DNA of 51,916 nt from a bacterium. Its GTDB lineage: Bacteria > Fidelibacterota > Marinisomatia > Marinisomatales > UBA1611. The notes beneath the pieces were generated by a model, which had not been told where the DNA came from, did no database searches, and was given only the letters and a program-made list of their open reading frames with translations. The DNA is taken from positions 1 to 51,916 of the forward strand of contig JAYPIC010000004.1 in assembly GCA_038127595.1 (NCBI GenBank), read 5' to 3'. The position numbers and the translations under genes are program-made. Below, piece after piece: positions 19,434-28,529 of the stretch (position 1 is its first letter; each line of letters opens with the position of its first letter).

Positions 19434-20003
19434 TTATAAATTTATAACTTTTATTATTCTTTGTGTTACTTCTTCAATCGAACCAAGACCATTGATTTCT
19501 TTCAATAGGTTTACTTTTTTGTAATGATCAATAATTGGAGCAGTTTGATTCCAATATACATCTTGGCGTTTCGAAATTATTTTAGCATCATCATCACTTC
19601 TCCCCGAATCTTTTTTGCGTTTTATAAGCCTACTAATAAGCTCTTCTTTATCTGCAGTTATGCTTATGGCAACGTTAATATTTTGATTCAACTTTTTTAG
19701 TAAGTCGTTCAAGTCATCAACTTGTTGAAGATTTCTAGGATATCCATCTAAGATATAACCTTGTTGAGCATTAGGAGCTTTTAGATGTTCCTCAATGATT
19801 CCAATTAATATTTCATCTGGAACGAAAAGACCTTTGTCGATATACTTTTTAGAGATTTTTCCTACACTAGTATTTAATGCTATTTCCTTTCTGAGAATTT
19901 CTCCTGTTGATAGGTGTGGCACATTAAAGTGGTCTTTTAGAATTGAGGCCTGAGTGCCTTTCCCAACTCCTGGTGGGCCCATTAGTATAATTTTAATAGA
20001 CAT
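19434..20003 (-). CDS. adk: Adenylate kinase, short (LID-less) type
   Basis: GPPGVGKGTQ, HLSTGEILR, LDGYPR, GRSDD; start at ATG 20003. Confidence 0.94.
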   Translation of the reverse strand: MSIKIILMGPPGVGKGTQASILKDHFNVPHLSTGEILRKEIALNTSVGKISKKYIDKGLFVPDEILIGIIEEHLKAPNAQQGYILDGYPRNLQQVDDLNDLLKKLNQNINVAISITADKEELISRLIKRKKDSGRSDDDAKIISKRQDVYWNQTAPIIDHYKKVNLLKEINGLGSIEEVTQRIIKVINL

Positions 20004-20005
20004 AG

Positions 20006-21226
20006 TTAAATTAGAATTCCAACAATAGATGCAGTTAGCCAAGAAGCGATAGCACCTCCAAGCATAGCTTTAAAGACAAGTTTTGAAAGATCTTTTTTAC
20101 GTTTAGGAGCCATTGAACCTATCCCACCTAGTTGAATACCAATGGAGCCAAAATTTGCAAATCCGCATAAGGCATAGCTCGCAATTATTACTGAACGTTC
20201 TGAAATTGTATTATTTGAAACATAATCACTTAGGTCTCTAAAAGCAATGAGTTCAGTTAGCACAATTTTTTCACCCATCAAAGTACCAACTATTTTTGCA
20301 TCGGCCCAAGGTATACCCATGGTCCATGCAAGCGGCTTGAAAAGTAAGCCTAGCATCTCTTGCATCGAAGTCCCTAATAAACTTAAAATAAAATTAATCA
20401 TTGCAACCAATGAAATAAAAGCAATTAACATTGCAGCTACATTTGCTGCGAGTTTTAGACCATCTGTAGCCCCTCTCCCAATTGCATCTACTAAATTATT
20501 GTCTTGGGACTTTAGTTTTATACTATTTGAGTTTATGATTTGATAAGATTTTGTTTCGGGGTAAATGATTTTTGCTACCATTAGTGCTGCTGGAGCTGAC
20601 ATTACAGAAGCAGCAAGAAGGTGTCCTGCAATTTCAGGTATGTTATTTAGCCACGTTACATATAGTGCCATTACACTTCCAGCAACTGTTGAAAATCCCC
20701 CAACCATCACTGTCATCAATTCAGAATTCGTCATTTTAGAAATATATGGCCTTATTAGAATAGGGGCTTCAGTTTGTCCAACAAAAATGTTTGCAGAAAT
20801 ACTTAAGGTTTCTGCTCCGCTAGTCTTCATTGTTTTTTCCATGACTTTGGCAATATTTTTTATAATGATTTGAATTATCCCAAGGTGGTATGTAGCTGCA
20901 ATTAAGCTTGAAAAGAAAATAATAACAGGTAGCGCTCGAAATGCAAAATTAATTAAAGCTTGATCAAAACCAACTTCGGGAATGAATGAAGTAAACAAGA
21001 AATCACTACCAGCATCAGCAAAGCTAATTAATTTTACAATGAGGATATTAAAATAAAAAAATAATGCTTTTCCAAAAGAAGTTTTAAGAATGATAATAGC
21101 AAAGGATATTTGAAGCCCCAGGCCCCAAAAAATTATATTTTTGTTTATCAGTGTTTTATTATTTGAAAGCAAAAATGCAATACCAAGCAGTACAATGATT
21201 CCTAATATTCCTGTATAATTTTCCAT
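20006..21226 (-). CDS. nupC: Concentrative Na+/H+ nucleoside transporter (CNT/NupC family)
   Basis: LPVIIFFSSL, ANIFVGQTEAP, STVAGSV, SVMSAPA, YALCGFANFGSIGIQLGG. Confidence 0.94.
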   Translation of the reverse strand: MENYTGILGIIVLLGIAFLLSNNKTLINKNIIFWGLGLQISFAIIILKTSFGKALFFYFNILIVKLISFADAGSDFLFTSFIPEVGFDQALINFAFRALPVIIFFSSLIAATYHLGIIQIIIKNIAKVMEKTMKTSGAETLSISANIFVGQTEAPILIRPYISKMTNSELMTVMVGGFSTVAGSVMALYVTWLNNIPEIAGHLLAASVMSAPAALMVAKIIYPETKSYQIINSNSIKLKSQDNNLVDAIGRGATDGLKLAANVAAMLIAFISLVAMINFILSLLGTSMQEMLGLLFKPLAWTMGIPWADAKIVGTLMGEKIVLTELIAFRDLSDYVSNNTISERSVIIASYALCGFANFGSIGIQLGGIGSMAPKRKKDLSKLVFKAMLGGAIASWLTASIVGILI

Positions 21227-21229
21227 ATC

Positions 21230-21790
21230 TTACTTTTTTGGAGGAATGAAACATTTTCTACAACGTGCCTCATAAGCATCAGTTTCACCTATGACAACTT
21301 GTTGTGTATCTGAGGTAATTCTTTGGGTGTATGTAGCATCTTTTCCGCATTTCATACAGATTGCGGTTAGTTTATCTAAATAATCAGATTCGCACATGAT
21401 TAATGGCATAGGGCCAAATGGCTGGCCTTTATAATCAGTATCAAGACCTGCAACTATAACTCTAGTTCTGTTTTCCGCAAGAGTTTTACAAGCAAGCAAT
21501 AGGCTGTCATCAAAAAATTGTGCTTCATCTATACCGACAACATCATAATCGCGACCAAGTTTCATTAAGTCTTCAGCATTGTCAATAGCAATTGATTCTA
21601 AAGAATTTCTGTCATGGCTGACGATCTTATCTCTACTGTATCTGTCATCTACTTTTGCCTTAAATGCAACTACATTAAGGTTTGCAATTTTTGCCCGTCT
21701 TAATCTTCTTAAAAGCTCTTCAGTTTTCCCACAGAACATGCTTCCACAGATAACCTCTATCCAACCTAATTCTATAGGTTTTTGATGCAT
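21230..21790 (-). CDS. tdk: Thymidine kinase (type II)
   Basis: GSMFCGKTEEL, IDEAQFF, AGLDTD, Zn sites CMKC and RCRKC. Confidence 0.96.
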   Translation of the reverse strand: MHQKPIELGWIEVICGSMFCGKTEELLRRLRRAKIANLNVVAFKAKVDDRYSRDKIVSHDRNSLESIAIDNAEDLMKLGRDYDVVGIDEAQFFDDSLLLACKTLAENRTRVIVAGLDTDYKGQPFGPMPLIMCESDYLDKLTAICMKCGKDATYTQRITSDTQQVVIGETDAYEARCRKCFIPPKK

Positions 21791-21791
21791 A

Positions 21792-22412
21792 CTATAAATT
21801 TCCTTTGATCATTGAATCTATTTCTCTAATTATTTTATTTTTATTATCAACTAGTTCTGATTCACCAGAAATAATAAGATCTGCTTCTGCTTTTAGCGTT
21901 CTAACATATTCATCGTACATTGGCTTCACGGTTTTATGGTATTGTTCATGAATGCTTTCTTTTGTTCTAGCTCTGTATATGATATCTCTATTCAAACGCC
22001 TTGAAAAGCGGACTTTTTCTTTTGCGTGTATAAATATTTTTAGTGACATAACCTTAACTATTTCCGCAAAATGAAAAATAAGTGTGCCCTCTAAAAATAT
22101 TAATTTATTTGGATAAATAGTTTTTGAATTTTCTTTACGCTTATGTTTTTTATAATCATATATTGGGCTTTTAATCTTTTCATTTTTCAATAAAAGATTA
22201 ATATGAGCTTTTAGCAATTTATAATCAAAAGACTTAGGGTGGTCAAAATTTAATTTCTCCCTATCATCAAAAGTTAAATCACTAAAATCTTTATAATATG
22301 AATCTAATTCAAGTACAGCTGCCTTATTTTCATAGTGGTCCACTAAGCTTTTTACTATTGTTGTTTTACCAGCTCCAGAACCACCACTAATTCCAATCAG
22401 GTAGTTTTTCAT
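21792..22412 (-). CDS. udk: Uridine kinase
   Basis: GISGGSGAGKTT, DSYYKD, NFDHP, PIYDY, RRLNRD, VKPM. Confidence 0.93.
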   Translation of the reverse strand: MKNYLIGISGGSGAGKTTIVKSLVDHYENKAAVLELDSYYKDFSDLTFDDREKLNFDHPKSFDYKLLKAHINLLLKNEKIKSPIYDYKKHKRKENSKTIYPNKLIFLEGTLIFHFAEIVKVMSLKIFIHAKEKVRFSRRLNRDIIYRARTKESIHEQYHKTVKPMYDEYVRTLKAEADLIISGESELVDNKNKIIREIDSMIKGNL

Positions 22413-22798
22413 TATGGTAATTTTGTATTATCGAATGGCATTGGCAGGAGTCTGATGGATTCAGTTTTAGTGATTAACTTATTATTATTACATATTAATA
22501 TGGATATATTTCCGCAGATGTCCCAGATGACCTGTCTACACGCACCGCATGGCATGCCTGCGTTATTTGTTGATACAGATAACGCTTTAAATTTTGTTTC
22601 GCCTTCTGAAACTGCTTTGAATAAAGCTACTCTTTCTGCGCATATAGTTAAACTATAACTACTATTTTCAATGTTACAGCCACCAAAAATTTTACCCGAT
22701 TCTGTTAGTATAGCAGCTCCAACTTTATAATTTGAATAAGGTGCTAAGGCTTGCGACCTCATTTCAATTGCTTTTTGAATTAAGTCATTATCAGACAT
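22412..22798 (-). CDS. cdd: Cytidine deaminase (homotetrameric type)
   Basis: APYSNYKVGAA, GCNIENSSY, CAER, PCGACRQ. Confidence 0.96.
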   Translation of the reverse strand: MSDNDLIQKAIEMRSQALAPYSNYKVGAAILTESGKIFGGCNIENSSYSLTICAERVALFKAVSEGETKFKALSVSTNNAGMPCGACRQVIWDICGNISILICNNNKLITKTESIRLLPMPFDNTKLP

Positions 22799-22808
22799 AA
22801 ATCAGACC

Positions 22809-25064
22809 TTATTTGCATGTAAATGAAATTGACTTATTTGTTTTATTTCCAACTTTATCTTTGATGATAATGTCGATAAGATGATCTCCCTCATTCATAC
22901 CTCTTTCAAATTCGTATGTAATTTGTTTTTTAACAGGTTGATATGCGCAGAATAATCGATTCCCATTTAGTTTAACAACAAAAGATTTTTCTTTAGGTTC
23001 TATTCCAGATATGGAATCCTCAACATCAATGATAATCTTTTTAACATCTTTTCCATTATAAAATCCGCCATTTGCAGGATATGTTTTTAAAATTTTTGGT
23101 GGGACTAAATCCTGAATTATAGTCACAGCATGGAATTGATCTAAATTCGCAGTAAGTATATTTTTATCATCATTATCTTTTGTATCTACATAAGTCCAAT
23201 TTTCAGATTTTTCATCATAGTAGTAAATACCCATTTTAGTGTGACCAGATAATCGATGATTATATCTAATTCCTAAAAGATATTCATTTTTCAAAACTCT
23301 ATCAAATGGTTGTAGTTGATAAACTGCCGATAGATGATAACCATTTTTTATTGGAGCATGTTTATCAACTTTTTCAATCCATATTGCTGTAGGCGAGTAG
23401 ACGGTATTTGGTAGTGTTTGAATGGAGCAATTTTTATCTTTTGAAATTATAACTGTTTTCATGTTTGGTTCTGCGATGCCCGGCATAAAATTAAACCTAG
23501 TTTCTCTAGATAAATCTCCTTTATGTAATGAGATATCTACATATTTTACATTTTCCAAAATTTTTGGAGATAACATATCTGATAAAAACACATTTGGTTG
23601 AATTTGACTAACAGTGTAAGATTGAAAAATATTATCATTCGATAATTTTAGTTTTGCTTCACCTGGCGCGTATTGGTCCATATCAATTTGAAAGAATATT
23701 CCGCCTTCCGTGTGCACTATATCTAACTTTGGGTTTATATCTAATATTGTTTTTGATGTATTATAATTTGACCAATGAAAAGGCATAGCAATCGATCCTA
23801 TTTGATTGGTTGCGATAATTTGGAAAATTCTATCTTTAGAATTTTCTGATGGTATAAATAGTATCAGATTTTTCCCTTTTCTTTCAGAATTTAAAATTTT
23901 TACTTTTTCATCAGGGAACCCAAATGGTGTAAAAGCATAAACTGTTGCATCTCTTATTGCAAGTCCTCCTCTAGTAGGGCTTATCTCAATTGAAATTTGG
24001 TTATCATCTCTTGCTATTTCCTTTGCATTGATAGACATGGGGAATGTTCCCAACATTACTCCATTTGCAATGGCGGTATTGCCTGTAGCATCAGTAATGA
24101 TTATTTTTATTTTATGATAACCTGGGGGTAGAGTAATAACGCCATTCTGGTCTAATTTATGAACTGACATCTTTGGATGTTCAGGGAGTCTATATAATTT
24201 TTGGTATTCTCCTAGATTTTGTTTTTTCAATTCAAATTGAACAAGCGTCCTAACATTGTTAGTTTGGCTGTAAGGTATTCTATTGTAGTTAAGTTCAAAA
24301 CTAAGCTTGTTATTGATATACAATTCAGCTTTATGAAATTGATATTTAAACTTTGAGCCTTCTCTTTTGTCTATGGCTTGTATTGCTAAACCAAAATCTC
24401 CAATAACACTGATAGTATCAGCAAATAAATATTCTCCATTTTTATCTCTAAAAAGTGGAATGGTTTGTACTAAAGGACTAGAATTAATAAGGGTACCTTT
24501 TGATAATGGGACTAACGCTATTTTTTGCATGATTGGATTTACTTTATCCTTTGTGAGAAATCCATTACTAAGTGGGTCAAGAGCTGCATCTGATTCATCG
24601 CGGACTTCGAAATGTAGATTTGGTCCAAATGCATAGCCAGTTTCGCCTGTAACGCCAATTACATCACCTTTCTTGACTCGAAACTCATTAGGTGAAAAAT
24701 TTGTACGTATACTATATTTTTTATTTTTGGCTTGTTGAAGCTTGAGCACTCTTTCCATTATCGGACTAAATTTGTCTAGGTGTGAATAAACGTAGGTCTT
24801 TCCACTAGTTGTTTTATGATATATCGCTTTTCCATATCCAGAATAATTTGTAACAATTCTAGATATATAACCATTTTCAACAGCAAATACTTTATAGCCA
24901 GTTACCCCATTAGTTCTTATGTCAAGGCCCATATGGAAATGATCATCCCTATATTCTCCAAAGTTTGAGGAATATGAGTTTCCGGCATCAGTTGGCCAAA
25001 TTGGACCTTGAGCAAATAAATTTGCTAAAAACAAGAAAAGGATGGAATTTGTCTTTGTATGCAT
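22809..25064 (-). CDS. Exported M23 (LytM) peptidase-domain protein with long C-terminal beta domains
   Basis: Signal peptide, FGEYRDDHFHMGLD (HxxxD), YSHL, VKKGDVIG.TG, GPNLHFE (variant HxH). Confidence 0.85.
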   Translation of the reverse strand: MHTKTNSILFLFLANLFAQGPIWPTDAGNSYSSNFGEYRDDHFHMGLDIRTNGVTGYKVFAVENGYISRIVTNYSGYGKAIYHKTTSGKTYVYSHLDKFSPIMERVLKLQQAKNKKYSIRTNFSPNEFRVKKGDVIGVTGETGYAFGPNLHFEVRDESDAALDPLSNGFLTKDKVNPIMQKIALVPLSKGTLINSSPLVQTIPLFRDKNGEYLFADTISVIGDFGLAIQAIDKREGSKFKYQFHKAELYINNKLSFELNYNRIPYSQTNNVRTLVQFELKKQNLGEYQKLYRLPEHPKMSVHKLDQNGVITLPPGYHKIKIIITDATGNTAIANGVMLGTFPMSINAKEIARDDNQISIEISPTRGGLAIRDATVYAFTPFGFPDEKVKILNSERKGKNLILFIPSENSKDRIFQIIATNQIGSIAMPFHWSNYNTSKTILDINPKLDIVHTEGGIFFQIDMDQYAPGEAKLKLSNDNIFQSYTVSQIQPNVFLSDMLSPKILENVKYVDISLHKGDLSRETRFNFMPGIAEPNMKTVIISKDKNCSIQTLPNTVYSPTAIWIEKVDKHAPIKNGYHLSAVYQLQPFDRVLKNEYLLGIRYNHRLSGHTKMGIYYYDEKSENWTYVDTKDNDDKNILTANLDQFHAVTIIQDLVPPKILKTYPANGGFYNGKDVKKIIIDVEDSISGIEPKEKSFVVKLNGNRLFCAYQPVKKQITYEFERGMNEGDHLIDIIIKDKVGNKTNKSISFTCK

Positions 25065-25191
25065 ATAGTATGAGATGGTTTCAATTTATTTAGATAAAAA
25101 TAGAGAATCCAACCATAAATAGATTTATTCTTTTAACAATTTATTTTATTTATGTTTATATATAAAATTTATCACACATAAGGAGATCTTA

Positions 25192-25893
25192 ATGAAAAAT
25201 CTAAAAATAATTTTATTGGCTGCAGTTATTATTTTGCCACAATCAGTTTTTGGAATAGTAGGCTTTGGATTAAATGTACTTCAAGATGGAACCAAATTAG
25301 AAGCATCTTCTTACACAGAAGGTAGTGGTCTTTCTGAAGTAACTGTTGAGTCATATGAAATGAATGCTCTACCTGTTGGATTAGGAGGCTATATATTTAT
25401 TGATCTTTTAGGGTGGACGGTTGAACTAGAGGGAAATTCTGCTTATGGAGAGTATAAATTTTCTTTTAGGAATGTAGTCAACCAGATGGAGGATATTCCA
25501 TTTGGATGGGTTAGAGTATCTAGTGCAATGACAGTGAAAAAAAATATTGCTGATTTTTCGATTCCACTTTTAGCCAAAACTGCATTATCTGTAGGAGTTG
25601 GTGTCAATTCGCACAGCTCTACTCCTCGTGCAAGTGTTTCTATGGTTAGAGATTTGCTTGATACTGATGATTTGACGGCTGGATTTGATCCAAATTCCTT
25701 AGAGGATGAATTGATCGATTATTTAAAAGAAAATAAAATTGATAATAGTGGAACTCATTTGCAGTTAGGATTACGATTTAAAATACTAGTAATTGATTCT
25801 CATTTGAACTTCAGATATAATATGACTGAGGATGTATACAAGGGAGAAAAGGGTTTTACTGAGGTTCAGTTCAAATTAGGAATGGCATTTTAG
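25192..25893 (+). CDS. Hypothetical outer-membrane beta-barrel protein
   Basis: AGGAG RBS at 25181-25185, signal peptide, amphipathic strands, C-terminal VQFKLGMAF. Confidence 0.6.
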   Translation: MKNLKIILLAAVIILPQSVFGIVGFGLNVLQDGTKLEASSYTEGSGLSEVTVESYEMNALPVGLGGYIFIDLLGWTVELEGNSAYGEYKFSFRNVVNQMEDIPFGWVRVSSAMTVKKNIADFSIPLLAKTALSVGVGVNSHSSTPRASVSMVRDLLDTDDLTAGFDPNSLEDELIDYLKENKIDNSGTHLQLGLRFKILVIDSHLNFRYNMTEDVYKGEKGFTEVQFKLGMAF

Positions 25894-26684
25894 TTAGAAG
25901 GAAGATTCTCATTCAAGAAAATTGATTTGTTCATTGAAGCAAAAAATCGTTTAAAGAATTCTGGTTCATAAATACCGCCAGATTCTAAAATTTTTCCATC
26001 TTGTTCTAGTTCACCACTAGCACTAACCCTGACGTTAGTGTTATCAGGTCCAGATTCATCAATGTTAATAGTCACTTTATATCTATAAATACGAGGGCCT
26101 TTTGGAGAATTATCTTGATAATAATTATTGACAGTTTTATTACTTGAGTGGGAAGACCTACTGCTTCTTCTCCAGCCAGATGATGAGCTAGAACTTGATG
26201 GCCTATCATCATCATCGTCATCATCATCATCTTTATCGCCAAAAATTGCACTTAATAAGACAACGAAAAAAACGGCTACCACTGCAACACCAAAAATTTT
26301 TACACAAGTTTGAGCTTGCTCTTTCTTAGCCGCTTCTTCGGCGTCTATCTCTTCGTCAAACTTATTATTTTGAGAGGATGGACCAGGATCAACTCCATCT
26401 GAAGATACTTCAGCTTTTTTCTGTTCTGTAGTCCTGCTGGCAGTAATTAAACCAACATCAGAATTAAGTACATCGATTGTATAATCCAGATCTTGTAACG
26501 CATTAATGGATGCCTTGAGTGTTTTCTTGGCATCAGCAGCAAAATTTTGAGTTTGTAATGTTCTAGATACAGCTGTTGGTGGTTTATTCTGAGTAAAGAC
26601 TACATTTGCAGTTGCTAAGTAAAACATTAAGGAAAACAAACGAATTTTCCCTTGTATTGTAATTGGGCGGATTAATCGACGCAT
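25890..26684 (-). CDS. Hypothetical exported protein with internal hydrophobic helix and poly-Asp/poly-Ser tract
   Basis: ORF 3 nt downstream of the BamE-like gene; RTLQTQNF...ALQDLDY...DVGLITA N-terminal block; low-complexity centre. Confidence 0.6.
   Translation of the reverse strand: MRRLIRPITIQGKIRLFSLMFYLATANVVFTQNKPPTAVSRTLQTQNFAADAKKTLKASINALQDLDYTIDVLNSDVGLITASRTTEQKKAEVSSDGVDPGPSSQNNKFDEEIDAEEAAKKEQAQTCVKIFGVAVVAVFFVVLLSAIFGDKDDDDDDDDDRPSSSSSSSGWRRSSRSSHSSNKTVNNYYQDNSPKGPRIYRYKVTINIDESGPDNTNVRVSASGELEQDGKILESGGIYEPEFFKRFFASMNKSIFLNENLPSN
26205..26231. repeat. Trinucleotide (ATC)n microsatellite, 9 units with one GTC variant, encoding poly-Asp on the minus strand
   Basis: atc atc atc atc gtc atc atc atc atc read directly from the sequence. 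Confidence 0.85.
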
Positions 26685-26687
26685 GCC

Positions 26688-27134
26688 CTAATATTTTAGG
26701 CTTTGATAAGTAAAATCTGATACAAGCTTATCATTATTGTAGGTAATTATTACAGTAAGTGATTTTGATTCAACATCTCTATTAGAGCTAGATTGCACAG
26801 AATTAGTAGTTCCACCAAACAGGAAAGCCCAGAATCCTTTACCCAATTGAGCTTGGCCATATGTGGCTGAAGCATTATTAGAAGATGATTGTGATGAACT
26901 TATTTTATCATATGTCCAGACTTCATTGCCGCTTGAGTTTTTTGTTACAATATTAGGTGAGCCCAACACTTCTAGTACCTCTGCTTGGCTCATTCCTTTT
27001 TTTATCTGGCTTTGAACCTTGCCTAGAGTAAGCTCATCTTTTTTTTCTACAGGGACTTCAATGATTATTGGATCTGGAGGGGCGCAGTTAAACACTATAA
27101 AAATAAAAGAAACTATAAAAATGATATTTTTCAT
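26688..27134 (-). CDS. SmpA/BamE-like lipoprotein
   Basis: Lipobox VFNC; IKKGMSQAEVLEVLGSP...EVWTY SmpA/OmlA pattern. Confidence 0.7.
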   Translation of the reverse strand: MKNIIFIVSFIFIVFNCAPPDPIIIEVPVEKKDELTLGKVQSQIKKGMSQAEVLEVLGSPNIVTKNSSGNEVWTYDKISSSQSSSNNASATYGQAQLGKGFWAFLFGGTTNSVQSSSNRDVESKSLTVIITYNNDKLVSDFTYQSLKY

Positions 27135-27209
27135 GATGGTTTTCTCTCTCTAGCTTTATATATAATACTTCATTTTATATTAAATTGTTCCAAAAACAAA
27201 TTAAAACAT

Positions 27210-28088
27210 TTATAACTCATTAGTTAAACAATGTATCGAACCGCCACTAAGTTGGAATTGTGAAACAGGGCAGACTTCTGTTTTTATTCCGAGACTTTCT
27301 AGTTTTTTGCCCACAGAAAAATCTGAATAGTTTGATGAACTTATTAGTAAACCAGGAGCACAAAAGCTATTTACTGCTAATGAACCTAGTTGGCTATCTG
27401 TGCCGATAGAGTCTTTAGCTGGTATGATTATAATATGTACGTTTAGCTTGATACTAATTTTTTCAAGATTTTTAAATGAATCTTTTGTAATTAGTTCCTC
27501 ACAAACGATCATTGCAGATAAAGCACCTTGCTTATTAAAAACAGTTGTAAACACAGTATCTAAATGAAAAGATGGGGTATCAATCAATATAAGTTCATTT
27601 GCATTTAGAAACGAAGCTACATACTCAGCACCCGCAATCGTATTTCTATTTATTCCACTAAAAAGTAATTTATCTTTTGGACAAAAATAAAACTCTCCAC
27701 CTTCAGCAAGAATATTTTTTTTAATTGGTAATTCTTTTAAGTTAAAATTCAATTTTTCAAGCTCATTAGCCACTATTTCAGTTTCAGCTTCTCGCTTTTT
27801 TTCTGCAAAATTTAACATTAATACATTACCATTAAGATCACTGATAAAACTGTCTCTCATAAAAACATAGTCATGGCCAAACTTTGATTCTTCCAGGATT
27901 TTAGGGAATGGAAATTCAATAACTTCAATTTTATTTTTTTTTAATGTAGCAATAAGGTTTAGACGTTCTTTTATTAGAAGGTTTTGGTTTGGTACAGTTC
28001 CATTTTTCATGAATGGATTATCTTTATACCCTATGATCCCATCAGACCACCATGGTTTTTTTGGTAATGAACTGATTGCGATTTTCAT
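27210..28088 (-). CDS. Amidinotransferase/dimethylargininase-like (pentein superfamily) enzyme
   Basis: VFMRD, EGGE, FHLDT and C-terminal GGSIHCLT (catalytic Cys). Confidence 0.85.
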   Translation of the reverse strand: MKIAISSLPKKPWWSDGIIGYKDNPFMKNGTVPNQNLLIKERLNLIATLKKNKIEVIEFPFPKILEESKFGHDYVFMRDSFISDLNGNVLMLNFAEKKREAETEIVANELEKLNFNLKELPIKKNILAEGGEFYFCPKDKLLFSGINRNTIAGAEYVASFLNANELILIDTPSFHLDTVFTTVFNKQGALSAMIVCEELITKDSFKNLEKISIKLNVHIIIIPAKDSIGTDSQLGSLAVNSFCAPGLLISSSNYSDFSVGKKLESLGIKTEVCPVSQFQLSGGSIHCLTNEL

Positions 28089-28089
28089 A

Positions 28090-28518
28090 TTATAAATTTT
28101 TTATTTCATCTTTTTGAAGCAAATCTTTTATTTTTGCTTTTATTTCATTTCTGGCCATGCGATATGGTTCTAAATCCTCTTCATTATCATTCCAACCATG
28201 AAAAGGGTCTTTGATACTCCAATGTATGATAATTTTTCCATCTGGGAAATTAGGGCACGCATTTTTTGCATTATCACAAACTGTTATAACTATATTAATT
28301 CCTTTATCTAGGTATTTATCAATTTCTTCAGACTCCTGTTTTTGTATGTCAATACCCCATTCAGCCATAACTTTAACAGCAGCTGGATGTAACCTTGAAG
28401 GATTGCTTCCTGCACTGAAAACCTCAAATTTATCGCCAGCTTCTTCTCTAAATAGGCCTTCAGCGATCTGAGAACGACAACTATTCCCAGTGCAAATAAA
28501 AATTATTTTATTTGTCAT
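28090..28518 (-). CDS. arsC: Thioredoxin-coupled arsenate reductase (LMW-PTP fold)
   Basis: CTGNSCRSQIAE, SAG, ITVCDNAKNACP, HWSIKDP. Confidence 0.9.
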   Translation of the reverse strand: MTNKIIFICTGNSCRSQIAEGLFREEAGDKFEVFSAGSNPSRLHPAAVKVMAEWGIDIQKQESEEIDKYLDKGINIVITVCDNAKNACPNFPDGKIIIHWSIKDPFHGWNDNEEDLEPYRMARNEIKAKIKDLLQKDEIKNL

Positions 28519-28529
28519 AAAGAGTCATT

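Noticed and set aside
28090-28518. Arsenic resistance operon
   Set aside because: Only arsC is present; no arsR, acr3/arsB, arsA or arsM in the window.
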